From Methylophilaceae bacterium (GTDB taxonomy: Bacteria; Pseudomonadota; Gammaproteobacteria; Burkholderiales; Methylophilaceae): a stretch of DNA of 45,494 nt. Below the pieces are notes generated by a model. It had not been told where the DNA came from, searched no databases, and was given only the letters and a program-made list of their open reading frames with translations. Shown piece by piece: positions 1-10,588 of this stretch. The translations under genes were made by a program, and so were the position numbers. The stretch covers positions 1 through 45,494 of the forward strand of contig BJGS01000002.1 of NCBI GenBank assembly GCA_014190615.1, given 5' to 3'. Each line of letters opens with the position of its first letter. Position 1 is the first letter of the stretch.

Positions 1-1
1 A

Positions 2-1837
2 TGGAAATATGGCCTCGTTTTAATTGCAATTTTTATTGGCCTTATCTATTCAATTCCTAACTTTTTTGGTGAATCTCCCGCTCTTCAGGTAAAGACAACC
101 AAAACATCGGATAAGCTAGATCTATCTATTTTAGGCACCATTGAAAATTCCTTAAAAGAAGCTAATCTTCCCTTTGATGGTATTGTGCAAGAACCTAATG
201 GCATTAAAATTAAGTTTGCAAGTCCTGACAGTCAAGTCAAAGCAAAAGATGTGCTTCAAAATGCTCTAGGCAGTAATTATGTGATTGCGCTAAATCTTGT
301 CTCTAAGTCACCTTCATGGTTATCTAAAATTGGTGCCATTCCAATGTATCTGGGTTTAGATTTACGAGGTGGGGTTCATTTTCTCCTTCAGGTCGATATG
401 AAAGCTGCGGCTGAAAAGGCGGCTGAAAGCTATTTAAATGACTTCCGCATGACGTTAAGAAAAGAACGTATTTCATATATCGGCGCTTCAAGATTAAACG
501 AAATCGTAAAGATTCAGTTTGATAGCCAAGAAGAATTAGATAAAGCTAAAAAATTGATTAAAGTTAATTATCCAGACTTGATGATAAACGACTCATCTTC
601 AGGAAAAGATAAAGCGCTTGATATCAGCATGAGTGAAATGGGTAAGAAAAAAATTCAAGAATTTGCGCTGAAACAAAACTTACAGACACTTCATAACCGA
701 ATTAATGAATTAGGCGTTGCAGAACCTATTATCCAGCAACAAGGCCTGGATAGAATCGTTGTTCAATTGCCTGGTGTTCAAGATACTGCAAAGGCTAAAG
801 AAATTCTTGGAAGAACAGCCACGCTAGAAATAAGATTAGTCGATGAAGATAAAACTGATATAGCGACTTTAGAAAGCGCTCAGAAAGGTAACGCACCTTT
901 TGGTGATGATCTCTTTAAAGATAGAGATGGCAGATCAATTCTTGTAAAAAAGAATGTGCTTCTTACAGGAGACAGAATTACTGATGCTGGTCCTGGCGTA
1001 GATCAGCAATCAGGAAGATCAGTTGTTCATGTAACACTTGATGGAAGAGGTTCAAATATCTTTAAACAAGTGACGCGCGAAAATGTAGGTAAACGTTTAG
1101 CTATCCTTCTTATTGAAAAAGGACAAACAGAAGTTGTCACAGCACCAGTGATCCAGCAAGAAATTGGTGGTGGTCGCGTCCAAATTTCTGGTATGAATAG
1201 CCCTCAAGAAGCTACCGATATATCGCTTTTATTAAGGGCTGGTGCCCTTGCAGCGCCTATGCAAATTATTGAAGAGCGCACAGTGGGGCCAAGTATGGGT
1301 GAAGAAAATATCAAGCGCGGTGTTCACTCTACGCTATGGGGATTTGCAGCTATATCAGTGATGATGGCGATCTACTATATGCTATTTGGTGGTGTTTCTA
1401 TTTTTGCACTTGCTGTCAATTTATTGCTGCTCGTGGCATTACTATCTATTCTCCAAGCTACATTAACCCTTCCTGGCCTAGCAGCAATTGCATTGGCTTT
1501 AGGTATGGCAATTGATGCAAACGTGCTCATTAACGAAAGAATTAGAGAAGAGCTTAGAAATGGAAATACGCCTCAAGCAAGCATCCATGCTGGCTATGAT
1601 CGAGCTTTCGATACGATTCTAGATTCGAATGTAACGACATTGATTGCAGGTCTTGCCTTATTTATGTTTGGTACGGGTCCTATTAAAGGATTTGCTGTAG
1701 TGCACGTTCTAGGTATTTTGACTTCGATGTTTAGTGCTATTTTGGTATCTAGAGCGCTGGTAAATATTATTTACGGTTATCGCCGCAAAATTGATAAATT
1801 ATCTATTGGTCAAATTTACAGGCCTGATAAAGATTAA
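2..1837 (+). CDS. secD: Protein translocase subunit SecD (5'-truncated by window edge)
   Basis: Frame is open from base 2 (WKYGLVLIAIFIGLIYSIPNFFGESPALQV, the typical SecD N-terminus), so the ORF-track start at 185 is internal. Motifs LGLDLRGG, RIVVQLPG, GMAIDANVLINERIREE. Adjacent to secF. Confidence 0.97.
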   Translation, partial: WKYGLVLIAIFIGLIYSIPNFFGESPALQVKTTKTSDKLDLSILGTIENSLKEANLPFDGIVQEPNGIKIKFASPDSQVKAKDVLQNALGSNYVIALNLVSKSPSWLSKIGAIPMYLGLDLRGGVHFLLQVDMKAAAEKAAESYLNDFRMTLRKERISYIGASRLNEIVKIQFDSQEELDKAKKLIKVNYPDLMINDSSSGKDKALDISMSEMGKKKIQEFALKQNLQTLHNRINELGVAEPIIQQQGLDRIVVQLPGVQDTAKAKEILGRTATLEIRLVDEDKTDIATLESAQKGNAPFGDDLFKDRDGRSILVKKNVLLTGDRITDAGPGVDQQSGRSVVHVTLDGRGSNIFKQVTRENVGKRLAILLIEKGQTEVVTAPVIQQEIGGGRVQISGMNSPQEATDISLLLRAGALAAPMQIIEERTVGPSMGEENIKRGVHSTLWGFAAISVMMAIYYMLFGGVSIFALAVNLLLLVALLSILQATLTLPGLAAIALALGMAIDANVLINERIREELRNGNTPQASIHAGYDRAFDTILDSNVTTLIAGLALFMFGTGPIKGFAVVHVLGILTSMFSAILVSRALVNIIYGYRRKIDKLSIGQIYRPDKD

Positions 1838-1840
1838 ATT

Positions 1841-2779
1841 ATGGAATTATTTAGAATAAAAAAAGATATCCCTTTTATGAGTTATGGTCGATTAACAACG
1901 ACTATTTCGCTTATTACATTTATATTGGCGATTATTTTCTTGCTCGCCAAAGGTCTTAATCTTGGTGTCGATTTTACGGGTGGCACACTTATGGAAGTAA
2001 GTTATACCCATCCAGCTGATATCGATAAAATTCGTCAAGTAATGGATAAAATTGAACTTAAAGATGCCACAGTACAAAATTTTGGCACAAGTAAAGATGT
2101 ATTAATCCGTTTACCCTTAAGACAAGAATTATCAATAGCGCAATTATCAGAAAAAGTTTCTGCGGCTCTTATTGAAAGTGATAAAGATACAAAAATTCAA
2201 AGAGTTGAATCTGTGGGATCACAAGTTGGTGACGAGCTTTATTCAAATGGTGCGCTAGCCCTCCTTCTTGTTTGCTTTGGCATTATTGCTTACCTAGCAT
2301 TAAGATTTGAATGGCGATTTGCAATTGCTGCCATTATTGCAAATATGCATGATGTCATCATCATTCTAGGCTTCTTTGCATTTTTCCAATGGGAATTTAA
2401 CTTGACTGTTCTTGCAGCTATTCTTGCTGTTTTAGGTTACTCAGTCAATGAATCAGTAGTGGTCTTTGATCGCGTAAGAGAAAACTTTAGAAAAATGCGA
2501 AAATCAAGTGTTGTTGAAGTTATTGATAATGCGATTACCAGAACAATGTCTCGCACTGTGATTACTCACCTAATGACGCAAACTATGGTGTGTTCAATGC
2601 TATTTTTTGGAGGTGAAACGCTTCACAATTTTTCACTTGCACTAACGATTGGTATTTTATTTGGTATTTACTCATCAGTACTTGTTGCCTGTCCAGTTGC
2701 CATGTGGCTTGGTGTATCTCATCGCAACCTTATTCAAGATCAACCCAAAGAAAACTCGTCACCAGAAATCACTCCATAA
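1841..2779 (+). CDS. secF: Protein translocase subunit SecF
   Basis: GLNLGVDFTGG and GYSVNESVVVFDRVREN motifs; 3 nt after secD. Confidence 0.97.
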   Translation: MELFRIKKDIPFMSYGRLTTTISLITFILAIIFLLAKGLNLGVDFTGGTLMEVSYTHPADIDKIRQVMDKIELKDATVQNFGTSKDVLIRLPLRQELSIAQLSEKVSAALIESDKDTKIQRVESVGSQVGDELYSNGALALLLVCFGIIAYLALRFEWRFAIAAIIANMHDVIIILGFFAFFQWEFNLTVLAAILAVLGYSVNESVVVFDRVRENFRKMRKSSVVEVIDNAITRTMSRTVITHLMTQTMVCSMLFFGGETLHNFSLALTIGILFGIYSSVLVACPVAMWLGVSHRNLIQDQPKENSSPEITP

Positions 2780-2793
2780 GTTTTTTTAAAACT

Positions 2794-4071
2794 TTGAACA
2801 CCCTATCCCTTAGTTATCAATTTGTCGTTCTTGCAGCGTTAATAGCTATCTCGGCTTTCTTTTCACTTGCCGAAACAAGTTTAATGACGCTTAATCGTTA
2901 TCGATTAAAACATTTGGTATCTCAAGGAAATCGTGCAGCTAAACTCACACATAAACTTCTATCTTCGACTGACAAACTTTTAGGTGTTATTTTGCTATGT
3001 AAGGAATTTGCAAATGCAGCCTCTGCAATGTTTGTCACCGTGATTACAGTGCGCTTATATGGGGAAGGTCAAATCGCTCTGATGGTAGGCACTTTAGTGA
3101 CTACCTTCTTAATTCTTATTTTTGGTGAAGTTTCACCTAAAGTCATTGCCGCATCGAAACCTGAGCGATACGCTTTTTTCTGTAGTTATATTCTCTACCC
3201 TCTTTTAAAAATTCTTTATCCTATTGTCATAATAGTTAACTTTTTTGTATTAACTTTTGTCAAAATATTTAACGTCAAAATTGATTTTAATAATAATCTT
3301 CATGCCATATCTATGGATGAATTAAGAAGTATTATTTCTGAGGCTGGTCAGTTTATTCCTAACCAACATCGAAAAATACTCCTTAATTTATTTGAACTAG
3401 AGCGTATTACTGTGGATGACATTATGATTCCCCATACTTTTGTAGAGTCGATTGATTTTGATTTATCAGATGAGGAAATTATTCAGAAATTACTCACCTT
3501 TCAGCACAGCAGAATATTAGTAAAAACAAATTCTCCTGAAAGTATTTTGGGGCTTCTGGATACACAAAAAATTATCAAGCAGCTAAATATTCATGATGCT
3601 TTAAGTAAAATTACAAAAAAGGACTTAGAGGCCCTAATTACCGAGCCTTATTTCATTCCATCTGGCACACCTTTATATAATCAATTGCAGCAATTTCAAG
3701 ATAAGCAAGAAAGAATTGGTTTGATTGTAAATGAGCACGGAGAATTTATAGGGCTTTTAAGCCTAGAAGATATTCTAGAAGAAGTAGTGGGTGAATTTAA
3801 TTTAGATTTTCTATCAAGATCATCTAAATTTAGTCAAGATGAAGATGGCGGATGGATTGTAGATGGAAGTGTAACGATAAGAACGCTTAATAAAAAGCTC
3901 AATCTTCATTTTCCAGTTGACGGTCCTAAAACTCTCAATGGATTAGTATTGGAATACTTTGAAGATATCCCTGAACCGAACACAAGCTTTAAAATAGCCA
4001 ACCATACATTAGAAGTTCTTCAATCGCATGATCGCATTGTGAAGAGCATAAAAATCTACCCTCTTTCTTAA
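2794..4071 (+). CDS. HlyC/CorC (CNNM/DUF21-CBS-CorC) family Mg2+/Co2+ transporter
   Basis: SAFFSLAETSL, LIFGEVSPK, CBS pair (GLLSLEDILEEVVGE), C-terminal CorC domain (PKTLNGLVLEYFEDIP). In-frame TTG at 2794 chosen because it avoids the 76-nt overlap with secF. Confidence 0.88.
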   Translation: MNTLSLSYQFVVLAALIAISAFFSLAETSLMTLNRYRLKHLVSQGNRAAKLTHKLLSSTDKLLGVILLCKEFANAASAMFVTVITVRLYGEGQIALMVGTLVTTFLILIFGEVSPKVIAASKPERYAFFCSYILYPLLKILYPIVIIVNFFVLTFVKIFNVKIDFNNNLHAISMDELRSIISEAGQFIPNQHRKILLNLFELERITVDDIMIPHTFVESIDFDLSDEEIIQKLLTFQHSRILVKTNSPESILGLLDTQKIIKQLNIHDALSKITKKDLEALITEPYFIPSGTPLYNQLQQFQDKQERIGLIVNEHGEFIGLLSLEDILEEVVGEFNLDFLSRSSKFSQDEDGGWIVDGSVTIRTLNKKLNLHFPVDGPKTLNGLVLEYFEDIPEPNTSFKIANHTLEVLQSHDRIVKSIKIYPLS

Positions 4072-4146
4072 ATTTTTATAAATTCTCACAAAGAATCGCT
4101 TGAGTTTTTATTTTTTTTAATCACAATAATCATTAGGGTTTAGCAA

Positions 4147-4461
4147 ATGCCAAAAATAAATGCAACCGATGACATAAAGCTTAGTCCAAAGAAAACTAAG
4201 ACTAAATTGCCAAGTATGTACAAAGTTATCATACTTAACGATGACTTTACCCCTATGGAATTTGTTGTTAATACAATTCAGCGTATTTTTAATAAAAGTG
4301 TTGATGAAGCTACTCGTATAATGTTAAAAATACATACAGAGGGTATAGGTGTATGCGGCATATTCCCTGTAGATATCGCAGAAACAAAAATGAATCAGGT
4401 GTTAAACTATGCTAAAGAACATCAACATCCGTTGCAATGTATTATTGAAAGAATAGATTAA
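4147..4461 (+). CDS. clpS: ATP-dependent Clp protease adaptor ClpS
   Basis: [17 protein letters not shown] and HPLQC motifs; directly upstream of clpA. Confidence 0.97.
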   Translation: MPKINATDDIKLSPKKTKTKLPSMYKVIILNDDFTPMEFVVNTIQRIFNKSVDEATRIMLKIHTEGIGVCGIFPVDIAETKMNQVLNYAKEHQHPLQCIIERID

Positions 4462-4470
4462 ACTTAAATT

Positions 4471-6738
4471 ATGATTGCTCAAGAACTTGAAGTAAGTCTA
4501 CATATGGCATTTATGGACGCAAGACAGAAGCGTCATGAGCTTATTACGGTTGAACATTTACTTCTGGCTATGCTTGATAACCCCTCTGCAGCAGAAGTCC
4601 TTAAAGCATGCGGCTCAAACATTGAAACACTTAGAAATGAATTAACTCAATATATCGATGACCATACGCCTACTATCTCTGGTGAAGATGAAGTAGATAC
4701 ACAGCCTACACTAGGTTTTCAAAGAGTCATTCAAAGAGCTATGCTTCACGTCCAATCTTCTGGCAAAAAAGAAGTGAATGGATCAAATATTTTAGTTGCT
4801 ATCTATGGCGAAAAAGATTCGCATGCAGTTTATTTTCTACATCAGCAAGGTGTAACACGTCTTGATGTGGTTAACTTTATTGCGCATGGAGTTTCTAAGT
4901 TAAATGAGGGTGACACTAATAAGTCATCTATAGAACAAGAAAGTGACCAAGAGTCTTCAAGCGCCAAAGCGTTAGATAGTTACACAATTAATTTAAACAA
5001 GATGGTGTTGGCTGGAAAAATTGACCCACTGATTGGTCGTGATTCAGAAATTCAACGTGTGATTCAAACGCTATGCAGAAGAAGAAAAAACAACCCTCTC
5101 TTAGTGGGTGAAGCAGGCGTTGGTAAAACAGCTATTGCAGAAGGCTTAGCAAAAAGAATTGTTGATAAAGAAGTGCCCGTCATTTTAGAAGATACCACTA
5201 TATTTTCACTCGACATGGGTGCCTTATTAGCCGGTACTAAATACCGCGGAGATTTTGAACAGCGACTTAAAGCGGTGATGAAGCAACTCAATGAACATAA
5301 AGATGCGATTTTGTTTATTGATGAAATTCATACTCTCATCGGTGCGGGATCTGCAAGTGGAGGAACGCTTGACGCATCTAATCTTCTTAAGCCTGCTCTA
5401 TCTAATGGATCAATTAAATGTATAGGTGCTACAACCTATCAAGAATATAGAACTGTATTTGAAAAAGATCACGCACTTACAAGAAGATTCCAAAAAATTG
5501 ATGTTGAAGAGCCAAGCATTCTTGATACGATTAATATTCTTAAAGGTCTTAAAACAAGATTCGAAAAACATCATAATGTGAAATATTCTGTTGCTGCAAT
5601 TAACAGTGCGGCGGAACTTTCTGCAAAATATATTAACGATAGACATCTTCCTGATAAAGCTATTGATGTGATTGATGAAGCTGGAGCTGCACAAAGAATA
5701 CTCCCAAAAAATAAACAAAAGAAAGTCATTACAAATAAAGAGATTGAAGAAGTGGTCGCAAAGATTGCTAAGATACCACCAAAAAATATTTCTAATGATG
5801 ATAGACATGCCCTTAAAAATCTTGAGCGTGATCTTAAAGCAGTTATTTTTGGCCAAGAAAAAGCCATTGAAAATTTAGCTAGTGCTATCAAAATGACTAG
5901 AAGTGGATTGGGCATTCCAAATAAACCCATTGGTAACTTCCTTTTTAGTGGGCCTACAGGTGTAGGAAAAACTGAAGTTGCTCGTCAGCTTGCTTATATT
6001 CTCGGTATTGAATTGATTCGGATTGATATGAGTGAATATATGGAAAGACATGCTGTTTCGAGACTAATTGGAGCTCCTCCAGGTTACGTAGGTTTTGAGC
6101 AAGGTGGATTGATGACTGAAGCTGTTAATAAGCAGCCTTACTGTGTGCTTCTTCTCGATGAAATTGAAAAAGCTCATCCTGATATATTTAATATTCTTCT
6201 GCAAGTTATGGATCATGGATCCTTAACGGACAGCAATGGAAGAAAAACAGACTTTAGAAATGTCACGCTTATCATGACGACAAATGCTGGAGCAGAATCA
6301 ATCTCAAAATCTTCAATGGGATTTACTCAATCTAAAAAAATGGGAGATGAACAAGCTGAAATTAAGCGGCTATTCACGCCTGAATTCAGAAATAGACTTG
6401 ATGCGACGGTATCATTCGCTCCACTTAGTCATGATGTGATCCTAAAAGTTGTTGATAAATTCCTTATGCAACTTGAAGATCAATTGCACGAGAAAAAAGT
6501 AGACGCGACTTTTACAGAAAACCTCAAATCATATTTAGCTAAAAATGGATTTGATCCTAGTATGGGAGCAAGACCTATGTCACGACTTATTCAAGACACC
6601 ATCAGGAAAGCTTTAGCAGATGAACTGCTTTTTGGTCAATTGACTAACGGCGGCATTGTAATCATTGATATCGACGAGAATGATAAAGTAAAATTAATTT
6701 TTGAAACAGAAAATAAAGCAGCATTACAAGAATCTTAA
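4471..6738 (+). CDS. clpA: ATP-dependent Clp protease ATP-binding subunit ClpA
   Basis: Clp-N domain, two AAA+ modules (GEAGVGKT, GPTGVGKT), no ClpB middle domain, 755 aa. Confidence 0.97.
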   Translation: MIAQELEVSLHMAFMDARQKRHELITVEHLLLAMLDNPSAAEVLKACGSNIETLRNELTQYIDDHTPTISGEDEVDTQPTLGFQRVIQRAMLHVQSSGKKEVNGSNILVAIYGEKDSHAVYFLHQQGVTRLDVVNFIAHGVSKLNEGDTNKSSIEQESDQESSSAKALDSYTINLNKMVLAGKIDPLIGRDSEIQRVIQTLCRRRKNNPLLVGEAGVGKTAIAEGLAKRIVDKEVPVILEDTTIFSLDMGALLAGTKYRGDFEQRLKAVMKQLNEHKDAILFIDEIHTLIGAGSASGGTLDASNLLKPALSNGSIKCIGATTYQEYRTVFEKDHALTRRFQKIDVEEPSILDTINILKGLKTRFEKHHNVKYSVAAINSAAELSAKYINDRHLPDKAIDVIDEAGAAQRILPKNKQKKVITNKEIEEVVAKIAKIPPKNISNDDRHALKNLERDLKAVIFGQEKAIENLASAIKMTRSGLGIPNKPIGNFLFSGPTGVGKTEVARQLAYILGIELIRIDMSEYMERHAVSRLIGAPPGYVGFEQGGLMTEAVNKQPYCVLLLDEIEKAHPDIFNILLQVMDHGSLTDSNGRKTDFRNVTLIMTTNAGAESISKSSMGFTQSKKMGDEQAEIKRLFTPEFRNRLDATVSFAPLSHDVILKVVDKFLMQLEDQLHEKKVDATFTENLKSYLAKNGFDPSMGARPMSRLIQDTIRKALADELLFGQLTNGGIVIIDIDENDKVKLIFETENKAALQES

Positions 6739-7331
6739 TTCTTTTTCATTACCTCTTTAAACATACAGCTGTTTATCAAACCATGTAACCATTTTTTTAA
6801 TGCGTCGTATTTAGAATTCAAGAACCAATTTTCGTCGACTAAACGAAATTGTCTTATGAACGGAAAGATTGCGATATCAGCGATACTAATTCTGTCTTCT
6901 ATTAAATATAATTTAAACTTTAACTTTTCTTCTAATGCATTTAAAAATATTTCACATTGAGAGCGATAATATTCTTTTGAGTGCTCTGGAAATCGATCAG
7001 CATATTTATATTTGTCTAAATTTTTTTTAAAATGAAAATCATTTTCAAAAATAAGTTTTTGACATAAGTCATTGTCTTTTAAAACCCAATGCTCTCGATC
7101 GTTTATATTAAGCGCCCATAACATAATCTCTAAACTCTCTTCTATTATTTTTCCATCTGACTGAACTAATACAGGCACAGTACCTTTTGGACTTAAAGCT
7201 AAAAAATCTCCGGGCTTATCTTTAAGTGAAATTTCTATAGATTCATAGTCGATACCTGCTTGATATAAAGCAAGCCTAGATCGAATTGCATAAGGACAGC
7301 GTCTGTAAGTGAATAATTTTGGCTTATGCAC
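6735..7331 (-). CDS. Glutathione S-transferase family protein
   Basis: YRRCPYAIRSRLAL, SPKGTVPVL, ESLEI and SIADIAIFPFIRQF GST motifs. Confidence 0.9.
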   Translation of the reverse strand: MHKPKLFTYRRCPYAIRSRLALYQAGIDYESIEISLKDKPGDFLALSPKGTVPVLVQSDGKIIEESLEIMLWALNINDREHWVLKDNDLCQKLIFENDFHFKKNLDKYKYADRFPEHSKEYYRSQCEIFLNALEEKLKFKLYLIEDRISIADIAIFPFIRQFRLVDENWFLNSKYDALKKWLHGLINSCMFKEVMKKN

Positions 7332-7337
7332 AGCTGA

Positions 7338-8351
7338 CTAACCAATAGAGCGACAAGCGTCTAGAATAAGCTTTCTTCCGTGGTAGATAAGACCTGAATA
7401 CATTTGGATGAGCTCAGCACCGGCTTTAATTTTCTCTAAGGCATCTTCTCCAGAAGATATGCCCCCTACACCAATAATCGGAATTTCACCTTGAAGTCTC
7501 TCATAGAGCTCGTGAATAATTGAATTAGACAATTTAAATAAAGGCTTGCCTGACATACCACCGGATTCATTGCCGCGAGCTATATCGCCGAGAGAATCTC
7601 TGCTAATCGTTGTATTGGTTGCTATCACCCCATCAATTTTATTTTTAATCATAGTTTTTGATATGGCATTTAAATGTTTAGATGTTAAATCAGGAGAAAT
7701 TTTTAAGGCAATGGGGACGTAGCGACCGTAATAATCAGCAAGTCTAGTTTGTTCCTTTTTAAGGTCCACTAATAAGCTGTTAAGCGCTTTTGTTTCCTGA
7801 AGATCTCTTAAATTTTTTGTATTGGGCGAAGAAATATTAATCGCAATATAATTTGAGTATTGATAGACCTTCCTCATACATAAAAGATAATCATCCGCCG
7901 CCTTTTCTATGGGCGTATCAAAATTTTTGCCAATATTGATTCCAAGGACGCCTTTATAATTACTTAATCTGATATTTTCAACTGCAGCATCGACACCTAC
8001 ATTATTAAAACCGAATCGATTAATAATGCCTTGATCCTCTGGTAATCTAAATAACCTTGGCATTGGATTGCCTAACTGAGGTCTTGGGGTAATTGTTCCA
8101 ATTTCAATAAAGCCAAACCCTAACTTCCCCAGCGCATCGATATGACTTCCGTTTTTATCAAGCCCTGCAGCAAGTCCTACTGGATTTTGAAATGGGATGC
8201 CCATGACAGTCCTTAACTTTGAGGGATGGGGGGCTTCTAATAAACGCAATAGGCCGATTTTATTGGAAAGAGATAGTGCCTTAAGGGTTAAGTCGTGCGA
8301 AAATTCTGCATCAAACTTAAATAGTAGGGAACGAATCAATTGGTAGCTCAT
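7338..8351 (-). CDS. pyrD: Quinone-dependent dihydroorotate dehydrogenase (class 2)
   Basis: NPVGLAAGLDKN, INRFGFNN, NISSPNT, KISPDL, ATNTT motifs. Confidence 0.97.
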   Translation of the reverse strand: MSYQLIRSLLFKFDAEFSHDLTLKALSLSNKIGLLRLLEAPHPSKLRTVMGIPFQNPVGLAAGLDKNGSHIDALGKLGFGFIEIGTITPRPQLGNPMPRLFRLPEDQGIINRFGFNNVGVDAAVENIRLSNYKGVLGINIGKNFDTPIEKAADDYLLCMRKVYQYSNYIAINISSPNTKNLRDLQETKALNSLLVDLKKEQTRLADYYGRYVPIALKISPDLTSKHLNAISKTMIKNKIDGVIATNTTISRDSLGDIARGNESGGMSGKPLFKLSNSIIHELYERLQGEIPIIGVGGISSGEDALEKIKAGAELIQMYSGLIYHGRKLILDACRSIG

Positions 8352-8396
8352 AACGTTACTATTTTAACTGAGGAAGTTATAAGACTTAATAAAATT

Positions 8397-9545
8397 ATGC
8401 GATTAAATCGTAAAACTCATATTCTAGGAAAAACATCCGTCAATAATTTTCTAAAAAACTATTGGCAAAAAAAACCTCTACTCATTAAAAATGCAATTGC
8501 AAATTTTGTTTCCCCCGTCACAGCAAGTGATCTTTTTACAATTGCCCAGAATGAAGAGGCCATATCACGTCTTATTGAACATAAGCAAGGTATTTGGCAA
8601 GTGAAGTATGGTCCTTTTAAAAGATCTGATTTACTTAAAAAAACAAATATTCCGTGGACAATCCTTGTTCAAAATATTAATCATTACCTCCCCTTTGCTG
8701 AATCATTTCTAAATCTTTTTAAATTTATCCCTTATGCACGTCTTGATGATCTTATGATTAGTTATGCGACAAAAAAAGGTAGCGTCGGCCCTCACTTCGA
8801 CTCCTATGACGTATTCTTATTTCAGGCACAAGGTGTAAGAGAATGGAAGATTAGCGATCAGAAAAAATTTACTTTGGATAAGAAGTCACCAATTAAAATA
8901 ATCACCAATTTTAAATCTAAAAATTCATGGTTACTTAAGCCAGGCGATATGCTCTATTTACCTCCTAACATTGGCCATTGGGGCATTTCTCAAAGCGATG
9001 ATTGCCTTACTTATTCTATTGGTTTTAGGGCGCCTGGGACATTTGAGATTCAGTCTAATTTTTTAGATTTTATTCAAGATCATTTAATTACTAATGTAAA
9101 TGAAATTTATAAAGATCCAAACTTAACCCTTCAAAAAAATCCTGCTGAGATTAGCTCTAATATGACTAAATCGATAAGGGGTATAGTGGATCGTTTGCGA
9201 TGGGATAAATCTTCAATCAATCATTTTATCGGTCAATTTCTTTCTGAGCCCATAGAAAGCTCAATCTTCGAAGCGCAAAAGCCATTAAGCCTTAAAGTTT
9301 TTGAAAAAAGTCTTATTAGTAAAACATTAAGACTCAATCCAAAAGCAAGGATGCTTTTTATAAAAAATAATTTCTATGTAAATGGTGAATATATAAAAAT
9401 TGATAAAAAATACACTCCATATTTAAAGTGCCTTGCCAATGACCGAGAAATTTCTTTGGAATCCACTTTAAATAAAAAAGATTTAAGCGCTTTGGGGATA
9501 ATATTACTGCCTTTATATCTCTCCGGATTCGTTGGATTTATTTAA
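8397..9545 (+). CDS. roxA: JmjC/cupin-4 2OG-Fe(II) oxygenase, RoxA/YcfD-like (ribosomal protein uL16 hydroxylase)
   Basis: FLKNYWQKKPLLI, RLDDLMISYA, VGPHFDSYDVFL (HxD), PGDMLYLPP..H, TYSIGFRAP. In-frame ATG at 8397 avoids overlap with pyrD. Confidence 0.85.
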   Translation: MRLNRKTHILGKTSVNNFLKNYWQKKPLLIKNAIANFVSPVTASDLFTIAQNEEAISRLIEHKQGIWQVKYGPFKRSDLLKKTNIPWTILVQNINHYLPFAESFLNLFKFIPYARLDDLMISYATKKGSVGPHFDSYDVFLFQAQGVREWKISDQKKFTLDKKSPIKIITNFKSKNSWLLKPGDMLYLPPNIGHWGISQSDDCLTYSIGFRAPGTFEIQSNFLDFIQDHLITNVNEIYKDPNLTLQKNPAEISSNMTKSIRGIVDRLRWDKSSINHFIGQFLSEPIESSIFEAQKPLSLKVFEKSLISKTLRLNPKARMLFIKNNFYVNGEYIKIDKKYTPYLKCLANDREISLESTLNKKDLSALGIILLPLYLSGFVGFI

Positions 9546-9639
9546 CAATAAATAACCATTCTACTTTTTTTATTGTAAAATAATGGTAGGAAGCCATTTT
9601 TATAGGCTCCAAATTCAACTTCTATTTTAAGGATTAAAA

Positions 9640-9762
9640 ATGACACGTTCACTACTTATCGCTTTATTATTAGCTATTGGTTTAACTGCTTGCGGCAACA
9701 AAGAAGAAATGGCTCCTGCTGCTGATGCAGCTCCAGCTGCTCCAGCTGCTGAAGCTAAATAA
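9640..9762 (+). CDS. Small Ala/Pro-rich lipoprotein, 40 aa (not in ORF track)
   Basis: Manual translation MTRSLLIALLLAIGLTACGNKEEMAPAADAAPAAPAAEAK*. AAGGA RBS, lipobox LTA-C, followed by a terminator. Confidence 0.85.
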   Translation: MTRSLLIALLLAIGLTACGNKEEMAPAADAAPAAPAAEAK

Positions 9763-9788
9763 TAGATAATTAATCTATTATTTACGTG

Positions 9789-9817
9789 AAAAAGCCGGCT
9801 TATAGCCGGCTTTTTTT
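9789..9817. terminator. Bidirectional intrinsic terminator
   Basis: AAAAAGCCGGCT-TAT-AGCCGGCTTTTTTT hairpin with A/T tracts, between the convergent lipoprotein and MBL hydrolase genes. Confidence 0.88.
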
Positions 9818-10586
9818 ATATGATTTGCCAGGAAGTCCCTTCAGCCTGGGTTGCAATCTTAATCCAATTACGGTCGCATTCTATTTTTTTTACAATAGCC
9901 TCTTTAACCAAGTCTTCAGTATTATTTTTTTCACTAAGGTGAGCTGCGACAAGATGTTTTAATTTCTTATATTGAATTTTTCCTAAAATATCGGCCGCTG
10001 TCTGATTATCTAAATGGCCTAATTTACCGCTTATTCTTTTCTTAAGACTGTAGGTATATTCGCTTGATTCGAGCAAATTCAGATCGTGATTAAATTCAAT
10101 AATAAGCGCATCTAGATTTTGTAGTACTTTTTCAATGTGAGGGGTTGAACTACCTGTGTCTGTCAAAATGCCTAATTTATGATTGCCATTACTTAAAGTA
10201 AATTGAGTAGGCTCCCTTGCGTCATGAGGGACGGGGAAAGGCTCGACTAAAAAATCTTGTATTTCAAATGTATTGTGGCTATCAATCATATTCAAATCAA
10301 TTTCATAAGATTCAATAATATGTTTTGCACACATTTTAAAAGTGCCATATGAAAGCCATATGGGAATTTTGAATTTATTAGCGAATTTAAACGCGCCTTT
10401 GACATGATCCTCGTGCTCGTGAGTCAGCAAGATTCCCGAGAGACTTTCAGGGGTTTCATTGAGGCGTTCTAATCGAGATACGACATCTTGAATAGCAAAG
10501 CCGCAGTCCACCATTAAAAGCGATTTGTTTTGCTTAACTACAAATGAATTACCAGCGCTTCCGCTTCCTAAGGATGCAAACTGCAT
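9816..10586 (-). CDS. MBL-fold metallo-hydrolase (YycJ/WalJ-like)
   Basis: ASLGSGSAGN, THEHEDH, VPHDA, TDTG, GHLDN, AHLSEKNN. Usual position downstream of bamC. Confidence 0.9.
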   Translation of the reverse strand: MQFASLGSGSAGNSFVVKQNKSLLMVDCGFAIQDVVSRLERLNETPESLSGILLTHEHEDHVKGAFKFANKFKIPIWLSYGTFKMCAKHIIESYEIDLNMIDSHNTFEIQDFLVEPFPVPHDAREPTQFTLSNGNHKLGILTDTGSSTPHIEKVLQNLDALIIEFNHDLNLLESSEYTYSLKKRISGKLGHLDNQTAADILGKIQYKKLKHLVAAHLSEKNNTEDLVKEAIVKKIECDRNWIKIATQAEGTSWQII

Positions 10587-10588
10587 CT

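Noticed and set aside
2704-2793. N-terminal extensions in the ORF track (also 8340-8396, 13950-14123, 16655-16672)
   Set aside because: They overlap neighbouring genes and precede the family-typical N-termini; downstream starts are more plausible.
9712-9756. GCTCCAGCT-type short tandem repeats as possible CRISPR or VNTR
   Set aside because: In-frame Ala/Pro codons of the small lipoprotein; no spacers or cas genes.
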